This document shows positions 55,204 through 64,000 of a DNA stretch of 64,000 bases, piece by piece (within the stretch, counting starts at the first letter, position 1; each line of letters starts with the position of its first letter). The DNA comes from the human T2T-CHM13v2.0 reference genome, Homo sapiens. The notes under the pieces are model-generated. The model was not told the origin of the DNA and ran no database searches. It saw only the letters and a list, made by a program, of their open reading frames with translations. The DNA is taken from the NCBI RefSeq assembly GCF_009914755.1, contig NC_060944.1. One strand, written 5' to 3'. The translations under genes were made by a program, and so were the position numbers.

Positions 55204-56510
55204 GCAATGGGGAAAGGATTCCCTATTTAATAAGTGGTGCTGGGAGAACTGGCTAGCCATATGCAGAAAATTTAAAGTGGACCCCTTCTTTACATCTTAT
55301 ACAAAAATTAACTCAATATTGATTAAAGACTTAAATGTAAAACCCAAAACTGTGAAATCCCTAGAAGAAAACCTAGGTGATACCATTCAGGACATAGGCA
55401 TAGGCAAAGATTTTGTGGCAAAAACACCAGAAGCAATTTCAGCAAAAGCAAAAATTGACAAATGGGGTCTAAGTAAACTAAAGAGCTTCTGCACAGCAAA
55501 AGAAACTATGATCAGAGTGAACAGACAACCTGCAGAATGGACGAAAATTTTTGCAATTTATCCATATGACAAAGTTCTAATATCCAGATTCTATAAGAAA
55601 CTTAAACAAATTTACAGGAAATAAAACAACTCCATTAAAAAGTGGGCAAAGGACATGAACAGACACCTCTCAAAAGAAGACATACTTGCAGCCAACAAAC
55701 ATGAAAAAAAAGTTCAACATGACTGGTCATTAGAAAAATGCAAATCAAAACCACAGTGAGATACCATCTGATGCCAGTCAGAATGGTCATTGTTAAAAAG
55801 TCAAAAAACAACAGATGTTGGTAAGGTTGCAGAGAAAAAGGAACGCTGTTACACTGTTGGTCGGAGTATAAATTAGTTCAACCATTGTGGAAGACAGTGT
55901 GGCGATCCTTTAAAGATTAGATGCAGAAATACCATTTGGCCGAGCAAACCCATTACTGGATATATACCCAAAGGAATGTAAATTATTCTATTATAAAGAT
56001 GCATGCATGCATATGTTCATTGCATCACTATTCACAACAGCAAAGATATGGAATCAACCCAAATGGCCATCAATGATAGACTGGATAAAGAAAATGTGGT
56101 ACATATACACCATGGAATATGACACAGCCATAAAAAGGAACGAGATCTTGTCTGTTGCAGGGATATAGATGGAGCTGGAAACTGTTATCTTCAACAAACT
56201 AATGCAAGAACAGAAAACCAAACACTGCCTGTTCTCACTTATAAGTGGGAGCTGAATAATGAAAACACATGGACACACGGGGGAACGACACACACTGGGG
56301 CCCTTAAGAGTGGAGCAGGGAAAGGGAGAGCATCAGGAGGAATAGCTAATGGATGCCGAGTTTAATAGCTAGGTGATTAGGTGATTGGATGATCTGTGCA
56401 GCAAAACCATCATCGCACATGTTTACCTATGTAACAAACCTGCATATCCTGCATGTGTACCCCTGAACTTAAAATAGAAGTTGAAGATTAAAAAATGAAA
56501 AAAAAAAGAA
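55204..56510 (+). mobile_element. 5'-truncated older primate L1 (L1PA8-13 range), about 1.3 kb
   Basis: ORF2 C-terminal [22 protein letters not shown]; 3'UTR gagcatcaggaggaatagctaatggatg; degenerate TSD aaagaat.g.tttc. Confidence 0.9.
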
Positions 56511-57057
56511 TTGATTTCAAAAAAACTAAAAATATAACATACAAATATAACAAGAACATACAACAAATGCATTATTTAATTCATTAATTAATAAGGAAAC
56601 TAGTAAGATGTTAAAATCAGTCTTAAGGAGCATTTGAGGAGCTAAGATATATGGCAATTTTACCCGAGATGTTAGAATAAGATTTCTGGCTTAGATACAA
56701 AATTGGTGAATGTCTTAGAGGACCATAAACCATAATCCTTGGGATTATACCTTCCATTGAAAAGAAATAATTTACATCTCTACTGGACAAAAATCTATGG
56801 GTTAACGTCTGCATTCTAAGAGTTGTAAAGTAGTCCAATCAGTAGTAAGCCAAGCCAAACACTACTCTGCAAAAACACTTTCACCTGTTCCAAGTTTTGG
56901 ATATGTTTTTGACAGTGGTTTTTAAATTATGTTTCATTGTTGGCCAGGACTGAGCAGAGGGAAAACTGTGAAGAAGGTACAATATGTACTTGAAATCAGG
57001 AAGTACCCACTTCAGCCACCCCATAATATTTCTCTACCCCTCCCTTCTGCCTTGAAG

Positions 57058-57262
57058 TGCCTGAGTCTTATCCATACCAGATATGCCACTATCGAGAAGC
57101 AGATGACAGGCTCAGGCCTTACCAGGGATGCACTTGCCACATTTTGGAAAGACTACATAAAAAGCCTTTAAAAATTGGAGCCCTTTGGGCCTCAGGTATC
57201 CAAAGAGCACATTTTTTGGAAACTCAACACTCAGGAAGGTCGCATAGAGCCAGTTTATGCAG
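57058..57262 (+). pseudogene. Candidate fossil exon, phase 0->1, one nonsense codon
   Basis: tctctacccctcccttctgccttgaag| ... CAG|gtgagt; CLSLIHTRY...FWKDYIKSL*KLEPFGPQVSKEHIFWKLNTQEGRIEPVYA. Confidence 0.55.
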
Positions 57263-57872
57263 GTGAGTATTTTGCTCACTCTTATAAGGTCCTTATAAGG
57301 TCCTCTTCATGTCTGGTTTGGTTCTCCTTTTCATGCCCTGGTGAGTTTCCCTGTTCCCCATATATGAGTGACTCTTTTTTAAGGTACCTTTAATCTTTTC
57401 TTCATTTAGTTTGTCAGTTAACCATGAAGGGCTTTTTGCTCAAAGTTTGGTTTCAATGTTCATCATAAAAATGACATCCCAAAGGAGAAAATTTACTTTT
57501 CTATATTTTACACAAAAAGAGAATACTAGTAAATATTGCTAATAATTAAAATAGTATATATATATATGTGTTTTCATAGTTTTATAGATTTTTAAACATT
57601 GAATGATATTCTTAGCGTTTTAAACAGATTATATCTCATTATTGTGTGTTACCATTAGGCAACAATGAAATGTTTAAAATATTTTTAAAGTATTGTATTT
57701 TAGTTGTATCGAGACATATAAGCCTTTCTTAATTTAGGGGAACAGGAATAAGACTACCCACTAGACAATTGAATCTCTGGCCTACAGCCAAATTTTACAG
57801 AGTTTAGATTTAATGCTTATCACTTTTTTTAAGTGATTATTCTTTTTAATTTCCCTAAGTCCCCCAAATTAG

Positions 57873-58541
<669 letters not shown>

Positions 58542-59317
58542 AGAAGTTTCCAATTTTTAAAAGTTAAGGTAGTTCTTAATTTTCTAATTATAAGCATTGC
58601 CAACGCATCAGTTCTAAGTGAATATGTTTATTAGAAGGCATAATAAAAAGCAAAAATTCGTCATAAATTTACTGCTCAGAGATAATTATTGCTTACATTT
58701 GACACTTGGCATTTTTATTATTTTTTATACCTATTTATTTACATTTGTATACTAGAGATCACTGGATATACAACTGAGCGTCTTCATGTTTTCAATAAAA
58801 TACTATATCATTAGTATTATCCTGTGTAAACTTTCTCATAATTATTATTTAATAATGGTATAATATTCCTTTGGGTTAATGGACTATAATTCATTTCACT
58901 GCTCCCTTGTGGTTGGCAGTTTATTTTTTCCCAATTTCTCTTTTGTATAGAATCCTGTGAGGGCAATTTTTATGAACCCCACAATTTACATTTACAAAGT
59001 TATTTCCATAGAAGAGACTCCGTAGAGTGTAGCAATCTGCTGGGAACTAGAAGCATATCAAAGGCTCTTGACATGTGACTCCACCAGTGCTTATGTGTGC
59101 TTATCTCATGGCCTCCTGACTGGGTTCGAGTTTCATAGATTGTTCAGTCTTTTCTAATAGTTGTTTTAAATTTAATGTCATTGAATAGTGGCTTCATTGA
59201 GCATTTTTTTTCAAATGTGAATTAGCATCTGGACTTCTTTTTTTTTTTTTTTTGTACGTGATCTACATCCTTTTAGATAGTGGCAACTGGACAGATGTAA
59301 CATTAATCTGCACTGTA

Positions 59318-59618
59318 GGCCAAGTGCAGTGGCTGATGCCTGCAATCCTAGCACTTTGGGAGGCTGAGGTGAGAGGATTACTTGAGTCCAACCCGGCCAA
59401 TATAGAGACCTCATGTCTACAAAAAGTTAAAAAAGTTAGCCAGGCATGGTTGTGCATGCCTATAGTCCCAGCTACTTGGGGGACTGAGGTGGGAGGATCA
59501 CTCTGAGCCTGGGAGGTCGAAGCTGCAGTGAGCTGTGATCGCACCACTGCACTCCAGCCTAGGCAACAGAAAAAGATCCTGTCTCAAAAAAACAAAAAAC
59601 AAACAACAACAACAAAAA
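59318..59618 (+). mobile_element. AluJ, followed by a MIR (about 59630-59810)
   Basis: Alu dimer with (CAA)n tail; MIR core aacctctttgaatttcc...gcaaaatg. Confidence 0.88.
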
Positions 59619-60983
59619 CACTGTGTAAATGTATGTATGTGTGACTCCAGGTGACTTATTTAACCTCTTTGAATTTCCATTCTTTCATTTGCAAAATGAC
59701 GATAATAATGAAGACTTCACAGAGTAGTAAGAATTAAATGAGATATTATAAGCATAATACTTAGCACAATTCCTGGCAGTGGTAAAGAGCCGTTAAATGA
59801 CTTTGTTATAATTGTTACTAAAATTATAATTAACATTTTTTCAAGTATCTATTGGGGAAATAGATATTTTCTATTGGCGTACATGAGCTTTTTATGGATT
59901 AAATACATTATTCATTTGTCATATTTGCTTATGGAAATATTTTCCAGTTTGTTCATGCTGTTTTAAAGTTTGTTAAATTATTTTACCTCTGTTTCTGTGT
60001 TTTGTCAAAATGAGGACCAAATAAGTTGTTACAGCACTTAACAGAAACAAAAAGTAGCCACAACCCTTTGGGCATCCTCTAAGCATTTGGTCATTACTAT
60101 CATTAGCATCAGGGGACAGGAATATAAAGAGCATACAGCACCTACTATTCAATAATGAGGCAGAAGTCAAGTTGAAAAGTTCAGTTCTGAAGATGTCATT
60201 CATAATGATACCAACTCAGATTGTAGTTATTTTCAAGTCTAAACACTTAAACATTTATTAGAGTAAATAACCGTTAAAAATAAGAGGAGAAAAATTATCT
60301 TCTTATCAAGAACCTGCCTCCAAATTTATCTTAACCTCTGAAATGCGGCCTTCGTAGTTTCAGCTAAGGCCTTGTTTCATCAGCATACTGGGTCATAAGT
60401 TGAAGAAGAAAAAAACTGGAGTAAAAAACTTGAGGTTTCAGATAGTCTCCCCCACCCTCTGGGAATTCACTGGTGACTGATTTAAATACTGAAACTTCAC
60501 ATGCTACTTTGATGACTATATATTCAGTCACCTTCCTTTGGATTAAATTGCCATACTCTTATTTTTTCAATCTGGTTTTCTTTGCAATGTTTGACCCTGT
60601 CACCCAATTACCTCATTTTTGGTGGGGTAAAGGTGAGAAAAGATCAAATCACTGTTAGTAGCTGCAGAGGCTTTAAAAGACTCATTTACCAGTATGGTTG
60701 TATCATGTTTAAATTTCTAAATGGCTAAGCAACATGTGCCACTCTCTGAGTAGACTTAAAATGATGAAACTAAGTGAAACCATATTAACTACGTAAGGGG
60801 ATCACTAGGATCCCAGGTTGTGCTATTTGCTAGCAATCATTACAGTTTATTTAAACTCCGTGTGCTAGAAAGTTATAAAATGGCACAAGGCATGATCCCG
60901 ATTTGTAGTTCAGAGACTAAATCTATGAGATTTCACTATAGGTAATCTAACTGGTATTTGTTTAAGTTACAGATACAATCAGA

Positions 60984-61326
60984 GCAGCCCTTCTCAAACT
61001 TTAATGTTTATACAGATCCTCTATACATCTTTTTAACATGCAGATTCTGATTCAGTGGGCCTGAGATTCTGCATTTGTAACAAGCTCTCAGGAGATGCCC
61101 CTGTTGCTAGACCATGGACCACACTTTGAGTAACAAGGGGTTAGAAGCAAATTATCAACTGGGAGTACATAAAGAATTCACTAGGAAGCTCATTAAACAC
61201 AGATTTCCAATGCTACTCCCAGAGACTGATTTAGCAGGTTTAGGGTGGGGCCCCAAGATTTCGAATTCCCAACCACCTCCCAGGTGCTGCTGCTGCTGCT
61301 GATCTGCAAACCATAATTTGGGTAGC
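60984..61326. mobile_element. Two tandem MER5-family hAT elements
   Basis: cttctcaaactttaatgt...ggaccacactttgagtaacaagg, plus a second copy ending aatttgggtagc. Confidence 0.7.
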
Positions 61327-61936
61327 TTTAATTTAGAAGTACTCAAACTCCCTGCATCTCGGACATAAAGCAAAAGTTAATTATGGTGAGATGAAACATG
61401 GGTTAGTGGAAAGTCTCTTAGGTTGTCTAGAAGGAAACTGGGTTCTTTGACACAGAGCTTCTCTACAGATCTCAGTTTCCTCACCTGTAAAATAAGCCAA
61501 ATGATGAGTGCCCCCCTCCCCAGATATCTAACATACCAAGCAGATGAATACACTTTTAATTTGACACATAAGTTTTAACTATTTTGGCCATGTCTCCTCT
61601 AACATTCGCAGGACCCAGGACAAGAGTACAAATGGACACCTAATGCCATATGGATAAACATTTAGTAGTTATACATTAAGCCAACAAGTACATGAGACAA
61701 TGATACAAATTGCTTATTATTGCAATAGGTGACTTAGCCAATACGTGCAACTGTCACACATTCAACTCTAATTCATGAATACTGCCCAAGACCACAGTTT
61801 GTTACATGAAAGAAATTGAGATGGATAGTTGTTTCTCCTAGGAAACAACACTTTATTATTTGAGAATCTTTTGCACTTAAGGTATTTTAGAGAAAGGATT
61901 TGACAGGTTAATTAATTATTTTTCCCCTTACCTAAG

Positions 61937-62067
61937 CACTTCTATTGCTAAGTCCTCCCTCCACTCTGAAAGGGTGTCCATCTCTGATGTCTGCATTTGC
62001 ACAATCCACAACCCTTTGTGACATTCAAATGCAGTCTCCTTTTATTCTGAGATACAGGAAAAGAGAT
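61937..62067 (+). pseudogene. Candidate fossil exon, phase 1->0
   Basis: ttatttttccccttacctaag| ... GAT|gtaagc; 43 stop-free codons LLLLSPPSTLKGCP...PFILRYRKRD. Confidence 0.4.
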
Positions 62068-64000
62068 GTAAGCACCTCCCTGGGGTCTGAACAGTGTTAA
62101 TGATGAGATCAGATGTTTAGGATTATACATCACATTCTGCCAGAGCTGAACACTGAATCCCAGTGACCAAAGTAAATTGGCATGTGTATAAAATACAGGA
62201 CCTACGGAAGGGGCACCTATTTATTGGATCTAGGGCAGTATTATTTTGGTGGTCATAAGGGAACTGATACCTGAACCTGAATATCACTCAAAGATCACTC
62301 ATGGTGCCTGATATTTGGAAGAGACATTTGAAGGACCAGACGAACCACTTATTCTTTTAGATGCTCTAAAATTGAACCGTATAAAAAGTAGACTATGCCG
62401 AAGTCATATCATTTTAGCTACATGGAGAAATCTTGTTCCAAATCAAGAGATAATGATATACCCTCTGGTTCTTTGATGACAGTGTGGTGGCTATATGCAG
62501 AATGTTTCTGCACCATTTGCATAACTACTGCTTAAGATATCCACTATGTCATTCAATATCCCTTATATGAGAGTTCAATGAGGTAGACGTCCTTAAATTT
62601 ACTATCAGGTTAAGAAAAGAGCAGATTGTCTCTTTGGACAACTTCGTGTATTTCTTTCTTTAGCTGCCTGGAAGCTCAACACTAAATTTAGTATTCATCT
62701 GCAATACTTGACTCAGCCCATGGTTTTTACACATTAATATTTCTTTTCTCTAAATGCCTTGTTGGAATTGTACTTTTAAGTTCATCTATTTTTTAAAATG
62801 ATTTAAAATAATCACATTAACCCAGGAAGAAGCAGCATATAAAAGAAAGGAAAGAAACAAACTGTTTAATGACCTATCTTGCTGGGTTCCTACAACTCAA
62901 GTGGGAAAATATGTGCATGGTAGAATTATGCAAATTACTGTGTAAAACTTCCTATAATTTGAAAGGTATTATGATATTTTATCTACCTCATGACCCAAGA
63001 TGGCTGCTGGAGTTCCAGCCATCATCAGGTTAGAGTATGTCAGTGTAGACAGAAAGAAAAAGGAAAGTCAGAAGAGCAAAATGAAATCATTTTGATGTTT
63101 TTAGCTTTTCCAGAAGCTCTATGAGACACTTGGTCACATGACCACATCTACTGGCATGGACTACTGAAAAATGTAACATTTTATTCCTGGCAACAGTGAA
63201 CTTAGCTAAATATTAAGTTTCTGTTACTTTGAAGAAAGAAGAAAAAATAGATATAGAAAATTTCAATCCCTGCCACAATTCTTTGTTCATATTGGGATGG
63301 GAACTTGTTAATTTTTTGTTGTAGAAATCACACATTTGGTTTTTCAAATTGTCATAAAGTTTTAAAATATCTGATGCCACATTGGATAGATTTTTATTCA
63401 AATATTTTCCACATTTTAGACATTCAAATCTTACATCGCAAATTAGTATAATTTTTAACAACAAAGTAAATGAGACAGACAAGACAAGAGACAGATAACT
63501 TCCAGAATTGTTCATGTACAATTTGGCTTTGTTTGGGGATTGAATCAATGGTTTATTTTCATAAATATTGATTTCTTTTCCTGGTTGTTTTATGAACCGA
63601 GTGGGAAGGGCCATTGTATTCAGTCTTTGTTTTGTTTTCATTTAGTCACAGAGTGCAGCAGTGATTGTGGATAATTCCTTGACTATTTGTACTTTAGATT
63701 CACATCAGATGATAAATTGAGCATGAGAAATATGTTATTAAATTGACTGCATTGTAAATTGGCACTTTACATTTTTTATTTATAAACATGGTACCTTTTA
63801 CTCAATATCCAGGAAACTTTGGATAAATATGAATTTCCATTAACTTATGTGTTAACTGCCAAAAGCTATTATTTATATCTGAAATGAACTAAACTAAGAT
63901 AATTTAATCTTCTAGTCCAAGGTCAAGTGCATTACAATAAAACATGTTTCATGAATAAACATCATTAAAAACACACAGCCATTACATAGCAGTTTTTCAT

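Noticed and set aside
57281-57303. Short palindromic tandem duplications (also 28551-28569)
   Set aside because: Ordinary slippage-scale events
62669-62685. WKLNT-encoding 17-mer similar to 57227-57243
   Set aside because: Similarity does not extend; probably chance
63213-63641. 142-aa minus-strand ORF
   Set aside because: AT-rich with no recognisable domain; at most a faint hAT C-terminal resemblance that I cannot support

Overview
AT-rich primate (human/hominoid-type) genomic DNA, judged from AluJ/AluS, L1PA and HERV-H elements. No intact, recognisable protein-coding gene, tRNA, rRNA or CRISPR array is present. The dominant element is a 5852-bp deleted-type HERV-H provirus on the minus strand (7869-13720), with two 353-bp LTR7-family LTRs, a CACAC target-site duplication (TSD), a His-tRNA primer-binding site (PBS), and decayed gag/pro/pol. 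Other repeats: three primate L1s (one with a twin-priming 5' inversion), a MER52 LTR, about ten Alus, and many old L2, MIR, MaLR, ERVL and DNA-transposon fragments, including a hAT/Charlie transposase fossil. There is also a 5x90-bp VNTR and an AT-rich palindrome/13-bp array. The most interesting signal is a chain of short unique segments on the + strand (about 19.7-62.1 kb). They are bounded by polypyrimidine-AG acceptors and GT donors, splice together in compatible phases, and give about 350 protein-like codons with only 4 stops and one dead donor. This suggests a decayed multi-exon gene (unitary pseudogene) that I cannot identify. All repeat subfamily calls are from memory of consensus sequences, and boundaries of old repeats are approximate.
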